Positions 37,487-51,579 are shown, counted from the first letter of the stretch. The stretch: DNA of 64,000 nucleotides from Takakia lepidozioides (GCA_030704615.1 CM060732.1:26040001-26104000), one strand, 5' to 3'. The notes: generated by a model not told the origin, from the letters alone. Made by a program: numbers and translations.

Positions 37487-40400
37487 TTTATTTTATTTTA
37501 TTTTTAATTTAATGAACGGGACATAGGCCCTTTTAGTCAAATTAATCAAAAAAGATGTCACAGCGGTGGAAAAAATAACCACCCAGAAGGCCGTGGAGGC
37601 TTACTAAAGGGTAACATCCCCGTGACCGTAGCGAACATGCTAACAGCAAAAAAAGAGAGAGTGAACAAAGGTAAAGCAGAGGTTGCGAAAGAGAGAACTT
37701 TTCTATTCTAGGGCTGGTAGAAAGAGCAGTAAGAAAGATCTTATACAAGAGAGACTTGTAGGCATTGTTCCGAGAATGGTTTAGATTGGAGAGGTAGCTG
37801 GCTACTTCGTAAGATAAGGGTACAAAAATGATGCGAAAATGAGGTGCTGAGCTGATCCGGAGTTGACGAGATGAGAAGACAAGGAGCTGGAGCAGATCTG
37901 CAGTGGCAATGTGAAGTCCGATTCAGTACTTTAGAACTTGAGCTGAGTTCTAAATTTAGGATCTCGACTTTTCTTATGCCGCCAATTGAAGTCTGCTTCA
38001 TCTCCATCACCAGGGGACTTCCCATTGAGGGGGGATTGATTGATTCCAGGTAAAGCGCATGTTGGGTAGACTGGTGCCGAGCAAGTTGCCTTTGCCCCAG
38101 GAGTCGGCGAAATCCTGAAGCAGCTTCCTCCCTCGTTGCTCCGAAGTTCTGGGAAGAGCTGCACAGACAGTGTCCCACGCTTTTCTCCCCTCAGTTAACA
38201 GATCAAAATAAATGTGAAAGAGGATTGATCTGCCCCAGGGGGCTTTTCCTTCATAAACCCAATTGCATCTGGCTCTCCATAGATTCCACAGGGTGTGGGC
38301 TCTAAGAGTGCTCCATACCGGGCAAACACTCATTGTTAGACCAGTCTGGAAATTTAAAAGCAGTAGAGATGGAGGAGAAGGGGTTGGGAAAGAAGCCCAA
38401 TGAGAGTAGAACGAGAGAACCCGCCTCCATATTCTACTTGCAAGATTGCAGGACAGCAGACAATGTTCTATGGTTTCCACGGGGAATGGCATAGAGTACA
38501 GGTAGGGTTGTCCTCATGCGTTCGCTGCCTGACAGGAATGATTATGTGAACGAGCTTCCATAGAAAGCCTGATATCTTTGCAGGTCTGTGTTTCCTCCAC
38601 ACATCTTTCCAAATCTTGTTCCAGATCCTTTGGGTAAGGCTGTTGCCCCATTTTGCAGACCATTTGCCTCTAAAGGATTGGGGTGGGCAGGCCAGGGAGT
38701 ACCCTTTCTTTACTGTGTATCCAAAGAAAGGGCTTTTCTTTTTGTCCATCCATTTCCACTCCCCTGGGTCAAACTGCAGATCTTCCAAGGGGCACATAAG
38801 AAACCAGGTGAGTGTTTCATGGCGGGCCCATTGAGCCTCCATCCCTTGAGGTGGCAAGGGGTTTGCATTTCCTTTGCCATCAAGCACCCGAATGTGGAGC
38901 AAGTTGGTTTTAGGAACCTCCATCATCCCTGTATAAGAGAGGTCACCCTCACAATTTGTGTGAAACCCCAGTCCAAATGCTATTGGTCCCTGAGTTTCCA
39001 TGACCAAAATGGCTGTCTTTTCATTGTCTCTGTTGCACGCCATCCAAACAGGCGCCATCCAATTCTGGGCTTGTTGCTCCAGCAGAGGGGTCATGTATTG
39101 TGGGATATTGGCCAGGAGAGCGGCCCAGGCCCTGGATCTCCTCCTGCCAAAGCTTGCAGATATGGCTTCTTCTGCAATGAAATTTTCCCCCGAGCGCAAT
39201 GCTGCAATGTGAGTGAAACCCTGCCTCTCCCATAAAGCCCAGCGAGGGGTTTGCGTGAGCAAGACAGTAGAGTCCATGTTGTAGTTTGCGAATAGGGGTT
39301 GCCGAAGACATTCTTGTCGGCTGGCTGGCATCCTTTGGGTAAGGTTACCTCTGATGCTTTGCCAGGCTCTCCAGATAGATTGCCAAGGCCTGGAGCCAAG
39401 AGCCACTGCCGCATTTTTGCCTTGAACAATCCATCTAAGCGATTGAGCCCAAAGTTTGGAAGTTTTTGGCACAGAGCCCATCAAGTAAGGTTGAATGAGC
39501 TTACTCCAAGGAGAGTTTCTATGGGTGATGGCTCTGGGAATCCATTTTGCTAGCAAGGCCCTTATTTGAGCTGAAGGATCGATGATTCCCATACCACCCT
39601 CAGTTTTTTTCTGGCATAGTTATCCCATGAGAGTAGTGCTCGTCTCACTTGTGTGACTTTGGTGGCTCCCCAAATGAAGTTGCGGGTAAGAGCTTTAATC
39701 TCCTTGAGCATCATTGAGTCTGGGTACCATACTGCCGCGAAGAACCACAGTGAAGCCTACAGAATCTGGTTGGCTACAAGGGCTCTCCCCACGACTGAGA
39801 GCATTGCCGAGCACTAGTATGCTAGTTTTTTTTTATACTTTGCCAGCACCTCTTTCATTCTGCTTTGCTGCGTCATATTTAAACCCATCTCATGCCCAAG
39901 CAGAGTGTGCGTTTCTCCCTCTTGCAACCACCTCAGCCCGATGTCGGCTCCCCAAGGTTGACTGTGTGTCACACCTGAGCCGTCTTGCAGCTGGGACAAG
40001 ATCCCTATTGACTTTTTCCAGTTTATCTTCAACCCGGAACCCAGACAAAAGATGCACAAAGTATGAAGAGCTCTATCAATGTTGCTTATGGTGGAATTGT
40101 CAAGCAACAAAATTGTGTCATCTGCGTACATAGATAATTTGAGCATCTCCGGAATGAGTGTTGGCAGGTGTAGCCCAATGATGTAGGAATGATGTCCGCC
40201 GGATGGTCAAGCAAGTGACCCAGGGAGTCTGCAACTATTAAAAATAGAAAAGGGGCCAAGGGGCACCCCTATCTGACCGATCTGGAGATAGGGAAACTCT
40301 TGGAGACCACACCGTTTACCATCACTCTGCTAGAGGGCGAGTGCAGCAAGATCTGAACCCAGGACAGAAAGGGGCCCCCAAGCCCTGTCTTCTCCAAGGC

Positions 40401-42780
40401 TCCTATCAGAAATGTCCAGTCTATGGAGTCGAAAGCCTTTTCAAAATCTAGCATAAGAAATGCCAAAGGTTGATTATTCACCTGAGCTCTGTGCAGGGCC
40501 TCATGTGCCAGAAGGATGTTGTCTAGAATCATGCGATCCTTGAGAAAGCCTGTTTGGTTTTTCCTTATCATTTTTGACAACAGAGGTTGCAGCCTCAATG
40601 CAAGGGCCTTTGCTATAATTTTGTAGGTGGAGTTCAACAAAGTAATAGGGCGGTAGTTGGCCATATCCTCCCTATGTCCCTTCTTGAAAATGAGAGTGAC
40701 AAGTCCTTCAGAAATCTGTGATGGCATAATCTTCTTTTGGAGAATGTCATTGGCCATGAGTAGGTATTCTTCCCCAAGGGTCTGCCACATTGCTTTGAAT
40801 AGCTCTACAGGGAGGCCATCAAGGCCTGGAGATTTCTGGGATGCCATGGATTCCACCGCTTTGCCGAGTTCCTCCATGGAGAATGGTTCAGCCAAAATTG
40901 CTTTGTCCCTTTGCGAGATTGCGTAGGGAATGTGCTGCAGCAGGGTTGTTGTGGCCTGGTCTTTTAGGAGAGATGGATTTTTTTTTTGAAAGAGGTTTTT
41001 GAAGTAACCAGCGGCCACAGAAGCCATTGTCCTGGGGTTGTCCACCAGCAGACCTGTGGCTGAATCCCGCAGGGCCGGAACAAGAGTTGTAGTTCGCCTT
41101 TGAGCTGTTTTGATGAAGAAGTATTTATTCATCTTTTCGCCTTTGAGTGACCAGTTGACTCATGCCTTGATCCTCATGAACTCTTCTTTGGCATGTAACA
41201 GTAGGGACAAATTTTGTTTGGCAGTTTTGTATGAAAACAATGTGTAGGGGCTCTCATGTCCAGTCTGCAATTGATACTGGCAAACCTCCAGGCACTTCGT
41301 AAGGGCTTTCTGCCTCCTGATGGTAGCCTCTGCTTTTTCCCTTGAGATTGCCTGGCATTTGTTCCTGAGGATTTGGAGCTTTGCCAGGGAGCGCACTGTT
41401 GGCGAGGTGAAAGGTGCTTCCGCAGTCGCCCATGTCTGTTGCAGAGTTTGAATGACGTCCCGGTCTTTGAGGAATGTGGGGTTGAGTTTGAAGAAGCCCC
41501 GACCCTTCACTCTGGAGCCGGGGGTGCTTAGCATCATGTGGACGGAGGCGTGATCAAAACCTGGCTGTATGGGCTGGAGTGGCACTTGCTTAGACCAAGA
41601 CACCAGAGTTGTTGTGTAGTAAAATCTGTCCAGACGTGCTTGGCAGAGGTTTGGCGGATCCCTGTTGTTTGTCCAAGTGAATTTGAGCTCTCTTTGTTTT
41701 GGCGTTGTGACATCCAATAGGCCCACAGTCATGCAAAGTGAGTCCCATGAGTTCATTTCTGCTGTCATTTCTGCTGTCAATATGCCATGTGCAGCTTGTC
41801 CCAGCCTGTCTGTATCCTCCTCCACCATGTTGAAATCTCCCCCCTGCTATCCAGTGTTGGATGTTAGTGTGCTGCAGCATCTTGTCCCTGATGTGATCCC
41901 ACACAGCCACCCTTTCTTCTTCCCCATTTGGTACATAGATGTTAATGACACCCACCAACCAGCATTTGTTGTAGAGAAGGGGAGAGCAAAATAGCAATGC
42001 CTCCTCTCGAGTCTATTATTGTAGGGTTCCAAAAAGCAATGGCAGAGGATTGTTAGCATGATCTGATGGCCATAGAGGATTGAAGAGAAATTTTGTGCGT
42101 CTATCTGTTGAAGGTAAAGCTGAGACCCATTTGAATCCTTTTGGGAGGGGAAGCAAGTGCGGAAGTTTCCAGGTGTACACTGTTCTAGACCTCTTCCTTT
42201 TGCTATTGTAGTTGATGGGGAGATATTGGTTTGCATTGTCCTTGTGGATGGAGAGGTTTGGGATTTTTAGACTAAGTATTTTTTTTGGCCTTAAAAGAGG
42301 ATTGATGGTGTAAAGGTAAAGGCATCAGTGGCTGTTAGGCTCTAAGGATGAGGAGGTCTGGTTTTTTGTAAAAGAAGACAGCCTGGTCCTAAGAAAGAAT
42401 CTGAGAAAAAAAAAAAAGTGCCGACGAGGATGATGGGAAAGGCTGTGGAGTCCCACCAGCCTGGCAGGAGTTTTTGGTGAGTTGGATGACTGTCCAGCAT
42501 GAGGGTCCAAACCCTTTTGTTGTCAGTAGCATGAGGGACACAGAAACAGAGAGGGGAGCAAGCATGGGAGGACATGCTTACCATTGGAGGCGATTCGATG
42601 GTCTCCTCTGGGGGGGATGCTAGAGTGTGAGCCCAGGAGCCTGGCGTGAGCCCAGGACATGTGGCATGATTTTGGGAAAGATGCGGCGTCTATTTCCGTG
42701 GAAGAGGACCCATTACCGCAGAAACACATCTTCATCCATATTTACCCTGCAACCCCAAACAGAAACCCCAACCCTTGTCA
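37487..42780 (-). mobile_element. L1-clade LINE: ORF2 (APE endonuclease, RT, zf-RVT), frameshifted, with 3' UTR and (AAAAT)n tail
   Basis: EN: INIYVPN, GG/DFN, FTW, ARLDRFY, FDH. RT: KSPGLDG, NYRPITLLN, LDFEKAFD, YADD. zf-RVT: PAKISGFLW..CTLC..ETIEHCLLSC. Tail at 37487-37506. Confidence 0.93.
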
Positions 42781-43219
42781 GTCGTAGGGACCCACCTCAA
42801 CCCCGACAGTGAACCTCGCCATCCCGCCCCTGTGCATGATACTGCGCACTGACATCATCCATGCATGCAACATTCATCCACAGGTCACATCCAATCTGGC
42901 TTCATCCATCCAAAAACATTCATCCTCCATCCATCCAACCAAATATTGGTGTGATGGCATATGTCGAATGACTGTCTACTGGACTATGTACATATTCATC
43001 TATGTTGAAAAACTTTTATTGAATGCACACGGTTGAATTGGAGAGCAATGTTTAGAAGGAAAACACTTTCAAATTTGCAGGACGCGGGGAAAGAATGTTT
43101 CAATGACGGGATGTGAATTTTATTGTAGTCTGTGCTCATTACAACGGATGGTGGGAAGAGAAATGGTGGTGCAACGGAAAACGGAGAGTGTGTCCCCTCA
43201 TGTTCCATAAATGAATGCC

Positions 43220-46018
43220 CTCAAGTACATCCGTAGGTGGTGTCAACACTGCTAATGCTACCACCTGAATCTGCTGAACTGCTAGGAGTACTGCTACCAC
43301 CTGAAACTGCGGCACTATCATCTATGAAGACCTTTGCGCGGAGGTGCCTGAGCGTCTTCCTGGAACTCCAACGCAAGGGTGGGGGAGAAAGCACAGCTGC
43401 ATGCACACGAGCAATGCCTTCCGCGTAGTCGGGAAGGACATAAATAGGAGGTGGGCTCCAGCACAAGTCCCTCAAGTATATGGAAGACAGGGGCAACGGG
43501 ATTGCGTTGACATTCCTGCAATCAGAAATGCACCATTTGGGTAATAATCAGACAACAGAAGGGGACGCGACAGAGAATATACACAGGGATGAAATAGACA
43601 GAAAATGAACTTACTCACATGAAAAGTCATTGTCCAGCTCCTTGTCGTCTCCGTCGAGGATATCAATTTGCGCAGTGACATCCTTCACACTGGAGGTAGA
43701 CGAGCCCCCTTGCAACTCGGCGAGTAGGCCAGTGAAAATATCTGCATCTCCTTCCATACCAAACAAGTGCCTGCCACCTGCCTTGCAAGCATGGTAAGAA
43801 GCGCCTGCAAGAGACAGAATGATGGAATTAGAGTTTTAGAATATTGAGTAAAGGACGTGCAGAAGAAAAGAAATCGATGACAAAGGCAAGAAGAGAAACA
43901 TGTGCCGAGAGTGAGATCTATGATGCGGGCCCTGGTCGAGAACAACTCTCAATGATCGTTTGGATAAAAGCCGGGTTTTTTTCACGGGCCCCTCTCCAAG
44001 GCGTTCCATTTGGCTTTCGCAAACATACGTTGGAGTCCACATAGTTGTAGTGCATGTCATCGACGACAGGATCGAACCTCTCGTTTATGAAACATCCTCC
44101 CCCATGAAGCTCGAACTCAACCACTGTGGTGGGAGTCAAGAGTGGATGTACCATCACGAGACAGACGGCCTCAAATAGACGGGTCTGCGATGAAGAGGTC
44201 AATAATTAGTGAGAAATGTTTCATAGCACATATGGGTGGGAGTGCAGACCCATTCCAGATGGAACGGGTTCAGAGTCATTGCTCATGCACCGCCAAAACT
44301 GAGTGCGCTGAAGCACTCAATTCAGGCAGTGCGAACAACATGACTTCATAACAGTCAGTACAGTGGAACTTCAACAGAGAAGGCATAAAAATAAAGTATT
44401 TGAAACGTACCTTCTGCCCTGGGCAATCCCCCTTCGTCAGATATAGGCTGTGACACAATTCCAGGTCTTGATAATCCGCATCCCCGACGCTTTCAAGTAG
44501 CTTGCCAGCTCCCGGCAACATCTCATCGTGACAGATTGTATGATAACAAGAACCCCTGCATCGGAAAGGAAAAACTTGCAAAATGAAAACACCCAACTCC
44601 AATACCTCTCGTCAAATTTGTTCCATGTTGGGCAGGTGTCAATGGGCAGAATATCCGGGACTGGATGCCCGTCCGGAATGTCCACAATAACCATCTCCGA
44701 AGCAAACGGTTTCAGTGCACCATTCACCCAAGATTCCTTTCCCCTCCATGCCTGCAAGCAATATAGCGTGTAAGAAGGGAAAGATGTTTTATAAGCGACC
44801 TTTCTAATCCGAGCAAAAATAAAACAAAGAAAACAAAACTCAAACACATGCATGATAATTGCTTACCGATTGGAGAAAAGCACAGAGCTTGTCCCACGTT
44901 TTGGAAGGATCACCACTGTAACTTGACTTCCTTGTCTCCATCATGGCCAGGAACCCGTCGTTTACCAGCTCGCACATGCCCGGAAAAATGATTCTAGATG
45001 GGTGCTCCATTGCATCGTAGGGCTCTTTAAGACCCTTTTTCTTTCGGTCAGGCTTTTTGGCTGGAGGTGGGGTCTGCAGTGGCCCCGGTTGCACCACGGA
45101 CTCCATCTCATTCTCATTCGGAGTGTTTTTCTGCCCCTTGTCCTTTCTAGGCTTGACTGGCGTATTTTGTGCAAGAGGCTCTTTCTCAGCCAATATCCTC
45201 AAGTTTCTCTTGTGCAACTACTTGTCCATCAGAGGGGCCAAGGCCTCTGCATTGTCGTTTTGATTTCGGGTCACAAGCTCAGACCAAGGGCATCCAGACC
45301 GTGGGATATCCATATACCAGCAGCAGTCTCGAAGATGCGAGGTCCCGTAATCCTTCAAAATCCCTGCAGTGTACATTGTCTGAGCGTTGGATGGATCACA
45401 CCATAGGTCAATAAAGTGCGGGTGTCGACTCAGGTTCTGGCCTGGAATGAGAACGTTTTTGATGTACCTACACAATCAAAACAAAGGGAATATTAGTGAG
45501 TGGGGAAAGTGTGAGATAATTGTTTAAGGACCCCTTGACTGAGTGCGCCAGCGCACTCAATTTTTGGTCTGTCCAATCAGGCCCTACTTACAAGCCAGGG
45601 CAGGTGTGGCTCAGTACAGGATCGAATATTCGTATGTACAATGAGAGCTTGGGAGACACAGAAGTGCCCACCCCTTTACTAAGTGTGTCAGCAACAACAG
45701 TTTTGGGCCTGTTTATTCAAAAGAGCAAGGCTGCAACAAAATCGAAACTTCGTGAGAAAAGAAAGAAGGGTGGGAAAAGAGTGTCAAGACGAACCTGTAT
45801 AGAACCCTCTTCATGGGCTGTTCTGATCCATGCTGTTGCTCGAAGTCGTTAGTGCGCGAGATGCCTCCCTCTTTGGCGAACTCCCTGAAGAAGCAAGTGC
45901 CGAAGCAAGCTGCTTTCCACTGGCGGACGTAGTCTTCTAGAGTATCCGTCGGTGGAGTCATAGTTATCTTGTAATCGTTCAGCTGTTTCTCCAGAACCAG
46001 CTGTGCCCGAGCCTCTAT
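43220..46018 (-). pseudogene. Multi-exon gene with a C-terminal beta-class amino (N4C/N6A) DNA methyltransferase-like domain; frameshifted
   Basis: Exon 44751-44411 MVIVDIPDG...FFLSDAGVLVII (motif IV/VI-like). Exon 44184-43900 PWRGAREKNPAFIQTIIESCSRPG/RIIDLTLGT. Exon from 43804 ASYHACKAGGRHLFGMEGDADIF (motifs I-II, SAM binding). Confidence 0.65.
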
Positions 46019-47074
46019 CTGCGCAAGAACAGTTCTACAATTCAGAGAAAAGATGTTGAAGAAGAGTAAGTGACTTTTCCCGGTGCAATGCAGATTTGCA
46101 GTGGAAATGGAAAGGGGAGAGGAAAAAACCTGTGCCCAGTAATTGAATTGTAGGAGTAGTCTAGTGGTAAGGACGTAGAATGTGTCGTGATGCACCGCGG
46201 GATCAAATCGCGATGCACTGTTGTTTTGCTTTTCTTTTTTTTCTTTTCTCCCTGCGATCTGTCTCCCGTGGGCTCTCTTTTCCCTCCTCCCGCGCCCTTC
46301 CGTGTCAGCTAGGTCTTAGCAGGCCATGTTTCAATCTCTGCTTTTTGGTGGGAAGCAGATGGTATTCAGAGAAATTTGTGAAGGGGCAATGGGAGAAGGA
46401 GGAATGCATGGTGGAATGGGAAGCATATTATGCCTGTGTCTCAGTACTCTCCCTCTCTAGTTCTCAAAGTTTTCATCTCTTGGTACCTTTATCACAATTT
46501 CTAGTGGTTTTTATGTACACTTTGTTGGTTTATTGCACTATGAAATGTAGGGGTTTCATGTAGTTAATGGTTCCAGTAGTTGTGCTTGTGGTTTCACATG
46601 GGTGCCTGACATGCGCAGACCGTCACCTCACCAGCAGATGTCCATGTGTGCTTGGTTGAGGTGAATGGTGACGATGGCATCAGTGGTGGCGGGGATGCGA
46701 TGGAGCGACAGTGAAGGTGTGGGGAGGCATAGGCAGCTTACTCCTTTTGTTGTTCTTTGGACCTACTTTAGCAGGCTTCAGATTTTGGTGATGTATTTGT
46801 CTGCATGAACTACACATCTCCTGATTGTGTGTGCAATCTTCAGGTGGGCGCCATACTTGCTCTTTGAGCAAGGATTGTAGTCAACGAAATTACTTTCAAA
46901 GTACAAGTCCTGCAAGCCTCAAGACACCATTTTATCTCTCTGTCTCAAGTGTCTCCTCTCCTGGATTCGAATATTCAATGAGAGATAATCTTAGAGCTAG
47001 TAGATAGATCAAGGTTGCTGTTTGTGGAAGCTTGAGGCCCCACCCCATAGCTGTGGCACACAAATGAGGAGGTA

Positions 47075-48300
47075 TTTCACATGGTCCTTCCAAGTTATGC
47101 TATCCCGACCCTCCAAGACCAAGACGCCTGAGGGCAAGACCTCTCGAACCCTCAAAAGAACACGTCCTGCAGTCACATCCAAGGTCGTAGGAGCAATCTG
47201 CTGCAGATAGACGTAGTCATTAGGGTTGAATCTCCGAACCCCAGGACAATAGCCCCCACCACGTATGGTAGCATACCTCAACGTATCACGGTGTTGTGCA
47301 ATGGCAAGGTTCTCAAAAGCCATTGGCATGACTTTCTTGAACAACTCTGCACGCTGCTCACATGCAATGCCCACACATCCGGATCGTCAAGGTTAAGAAG
47401 TGTAGCAGCTTCTCTGCGAATGGATGTAGGAAAATCCGGCTCTTGGCCAAAGAGAATAAAGTATGGTGAGAAGGAGGCAAGTGATGCTTGCTTGCTGAAC
47501 CTGTAGCCCATGGCTAACCAGGGTAACTGAAGGTCCCAATCTCCTAGGTGTCCCTTCTGCAAGCCATACTTGCGCAAACCCCTCTTTATTGTCTGAACAA
47601 CTCTCTCTCTGCCAAGCCATCGGCCTTAGGATGATCCCGAGAAGTGGTGCGGTGGTCTATCAAGGCCTTGTCACACAAAGCCTGAAACTCCCCCAAGAAC
47701 TCTCTCCCTTGGTCCGTGAGTACCTCAGCTGGAGCACCGAATCGGCTAAGCACACAATCCAAGAATGCATACGCAGCTCCCTCACTAGCCTTATCAGGCA
47801 ATGGAACCAATTCAATCCACTTAGAGAAGTGCTCCACCATCACCAACACGTACTTGTTGTGGCGCATGGTCAGTGGCAACGGCCCTGCGAAGTCAAGACT
47901 CCACCTGTAGCCCAATCCCATGATCGGAAGAGGGTGCAATTGTGGAGTAGGGACGTTGAATGAAGCACGCACCCTGTCACACACCATGTACCTAGCCACA
48001 AATTGTTGCACCTCTGTGTGCATACCATGCCACCAATATTGCCCCTGCAGTAGACTATGAGTGCGTCGCACCCCAAAATGCCCCAACTCCTCATGGGCAT
48101 GCCGCACTAACCGTGCCCGCTGTGTTGGGTGAGGCACAATCCTCACTCGACCATCCTCCCACACTCGGAGCAGGTGTGTCCCCTCCCACTTGAACCTCTT
48201 GGCTCGTTGTAGGATCCGATCCCTGTCCTTGGCAGTCACAGTGGCTGCAGTGTCTCCAGTGCGGAGGTAGTCCAACACAACTGAATCCTCATGTATATCT
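47075..48300 (-). pseudogene. Integrase (zinc-binding and DDE core), frameshifted and 3'-truncated
   Basis: ORFs 48416-47586, 47577-47278, 47374-47009: HEELGHFG, WSLDFAGP, VLTDQGREF, DGLAER, DWDLQLPW. Confidence 0.92.
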
Positions 48301-48379
48301 TTGGCGCCACCTTGCTCATTGCTGGCCTCAGGGTCCTCAGACACTTGATCATCTTTGTTGCAGGTCCAACCTGACCTTC

Positions 48380-49867
48380 CGCTGCCAAGATACACAGAAA
48401 TGCAGATGCATGCCATCCGGGCACCATCTCCTCGTCCGTCTCACCATGCCACCGAGCTCCAGTGTCATCCTGCTGGCTCGTGCATGGATTGCGACTCAAC
48501 CCATCTGCATTGCGATTGACCAAACCCGGTCGATGCACCACCTGAAAGTCATACTCTTGAAGGATGAGTGCCCACCGTGCAAGCTTCCCCGTAAGCTTGT
48601 CTGACTCCATCAACCACTTGAGTGGTTGGTGATCCGTGACAAGGGTGAAGAGATTGTCGTATAGATAGCACCTGAAGTGTGCCACGGCCCACACTGCAGC
48701 TAAGCATTCTCCCTCATATGAGCTATACTTAGACTCAGCAGCATTGTTCGAGCGGCTAGCGTAAGCCACTACGAACTCTCTTCCCTCATCATCCACCTGT
48801 GTGAGCACCGCTCCAAGCCCCAATATGCTCCAATCTGTATGCAGCTGAAAAGGACGCCCCCTAATAGGTCGTCTCAAGATGGGCGCCGAGGTCAACCTCG
48901 CCTTGAGCTCTTGAAAAGCTTGTTCTTGCTCATCTTCCCACTGCCACTCGTGGTCCACCTTGGTCAGCTTGGTTAGAGCCTTTGCAATGGCACTAAATCC
49001 CTTAACAAACCGTCTGTAATAGTTTGCTAACCCCATGAAAGCTCGAACTCGGCTCACCTCCGTGGGGCGTGGAACCTGTGCAATGGACTCTACCTTAGTC
49101 TGTTGTACCCCCAATCCTCCAGGATATATCATGTGACCCAGATACTCAATCTGGTTGTGGAAAAACTTGCACTTTCCCGGATGTAACTTCAATCCGTGCG
49201 TCCTCAAGCGCTCAAATACCCCCTGAAGGTGTCTCTCATGCTCCTCCACCGTAGCACTAAAGATGATGATGTCATCTATGTAGCACCGAGCAAACTCCAC
49301 CCCTCCTAGAATCCTGTCCATGACCCTTTGAAACTCAGCAGGAGCGTTTTTAAGCCCAAATGGTAAGAACTGCCACTGGTATAGGCAATCCTTCCCGTGC
49401 TCATTGATCCCCCAGAATGCCGTCTTTTGCTTATCCGCCTCCTTGATCGGCAACTGGTGATATCCGGATCGTAAATCCAACGTGCTAAAGACCTTAGAAT
49501 GCCCAATGGCATCAAAGATCTCCTCTGGTGTCGGCATGGCATACCTATCGGACTTGGTCTGACGATTTACAGGCCGGTAATCACCGCACATACGTCTCTC
49601 CGTCCAATTGCCATAGACATCCTTCTTGGCTGGCATCACTGTGGCTGAAGCATACTCTCCACCAAAGAGCTCCACCAAACCTGCCTCCCAAAGATCATGA
49701 GTTCTCATCTGAATCAAGGACCTCTCCATGTCACTGTATCTATAGGGTCTCCGAAAGATTGGCGTGTCAATGGCCAATTCAATGCGAATCTCTTGACCCT
49801 TCAGTGCTCCCAAGTCCTTCAAACTGAAGGCAAAGCAATTCCTATAAGCCCTCAGGAACCGCCGCAT
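48380..49867 (-). CDS. Reverse transcriptase and RNase H of the Ty3/gypsy element
   Basis: RMCGDYRPVN, FSTLDLRSGYHQ, PFGLKNAPAEFQR, CYIDDII, FMGLANYYRRF, LHTDWS, WALILQEYDF. Confidence 0.97.
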
Positions 49868-50279
49868 ACGTTGTCTCTCTCCTCCGGTGACAATGGGTCC
49901 AATGTCAGGCTCCCAATTGTCCTCCGTAACTGCAACCTTAAGTCCAGTGGGCTTAGAGGTAGAGGACGCGTCCCGTGGTTGCTATGCTGCAACCTCTTGA
50001 GCAGTACTCCCTTCCTGCTCAGTCAATGACAAGGCCTCATCCTACCCCATCATCTCATCATTGAGAACCTCCTCAACCCGAGAAGAATCCCCAACCTCAT
50101 CCATCACAGCTGCCTTGGCTGCCAACTCCCTCTGGACCTCGAGCACCTCCCACGTGTGCCATGGATGTCTACACCCCGTGGTCCTCACCGGCTCGCCCCC
50201 ACTCGCTGCCTGTACCGTCTCAGTAGGCAGAGAGACCGTCAAGGGAAGTGCACTCCGCACTCTACGTTGCTCAGCCATA

Positions 50280-51240
50280 GCCAAGCTGATAATCCAGGTC
50301 AAGCAATTGAGATCCATTGCTTGCCCTAACACCTGACGACGTAATGCCTCAGAAAGAGAAGGCACCGCCGTGGTCCCAGTGGAAAACCCCATAGCCCGCT
50401 CTCGCTCGTCGGCATTAGGCTCCACTAACTGTTGCAACTGAGCATCCCATAGGAGGCCAGGTCCACCATCCCGAAAAGCATGGGATCCTGGGAAGCTGAG
50501 CAGTGTAGGTAATGCTGCTTGTGGTTGACCCACCCTGTTGACCACTGCCAAAGGCGAACGGTCATCGTGTCTCACACGTTGAGACTGCCTCCCTGTGTCC
50601 AAAATACTGTCCACTATGAGGTGTGTTGGCTGCTGCACCCCATCAAATGCACGCTTGAGCAGTGCGGGTGGCATCAAGTTAGTCCACCATAGCCGTGGAC
50701 GATGAGCCCGTGATCCCACTGCAGCTCCATCCAGCAGCACTGCTGACCCAAGCCACGACCGGACTTGATGCACACTGGCCATCACCCTGGCCCGAGAATC
50801 GCCCATCAGTGGCACATTCTCCAAGATGTATGCTGGCGATACAACTTGATGAAGCTGCAAGTGGCGCAAAATCCGTACCATCTCCCAAAACAGACCCATC
50901 CTTGAGTCTCGCAATCCATTGCCATGCCCGGCTGATGAATGCCCTTGGCAGGGCCAACCTGCCACTACCAGATCAATGGAGCCAACCTGCTCCAAATCCG
51001 GCGCCCCCAGCAACGAAATGTCTGCTGGCAAGGCTTGTTGGTATCCACGAACTGCAGACACTGGCAACAAAGTAGGGTACTGCTGTACCAACTGAGCAAC
51101 ATGGCGCAGTGAGACGCGTCGTGCAGTCTCATCCCTCTCCACATACAGGTAACGCCTTACCCGCACACCTGCATGTAGCATAGCAGCCAATCCGGTGCTG
51201 ATCCCGCCAAACAAGTCCACAAGGCAAATGCCTTCATCCG
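50280..51240 (-). CDS. DNMT3-like C5-cytosine DNA methyltransferase domain within retrotransposon pol
   Basis: Motif I VDLFGGISTG, II YVERD, IV VAGWPCQG, VI ILENV, VIII AHRPRLWWTN, IX ERERAMGF, X RRQVLGQAM; no stops in the domain. Confidence 0.93.
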
Positions 51241-51579
51241 GATACTGCCACACAATAGGTGTGGTATCCAATGGTGACAACTGAGGTGGTCCTGGTGCAA
51301 TACCCGCACTCTCCTCCTCTCCTGATGGTACAAAAGCCTCTACCCAGGCTTGTTGCACCCATCGATCAGCAACCTGCTGCAAATCCTTGCTCGTACCCCA
51401 CAATGGAGTGTGAGCAACCATGGCAGACAACTCCGCCAAACCATGCATGTCATCCTGCTCTGCTAGAGGTGGCACATCCTCTGCATGGGCATTGCCTTCC
51501 AGCAACTCTCCAGGCCAACTAACTGCAGCTGTAAAGGTGGCTAGTGTTGGCATCTTGCCCCGTTGGGCAGCCGTAATAC

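Noticed and set aside
50280-51240. Bacterial restriction-modification methyltransferase or contamination
   Set aside because: In frame with retroviral-type PR and RT, motifs are DNMT3-like, and the flanks are intron-containing plant DNA
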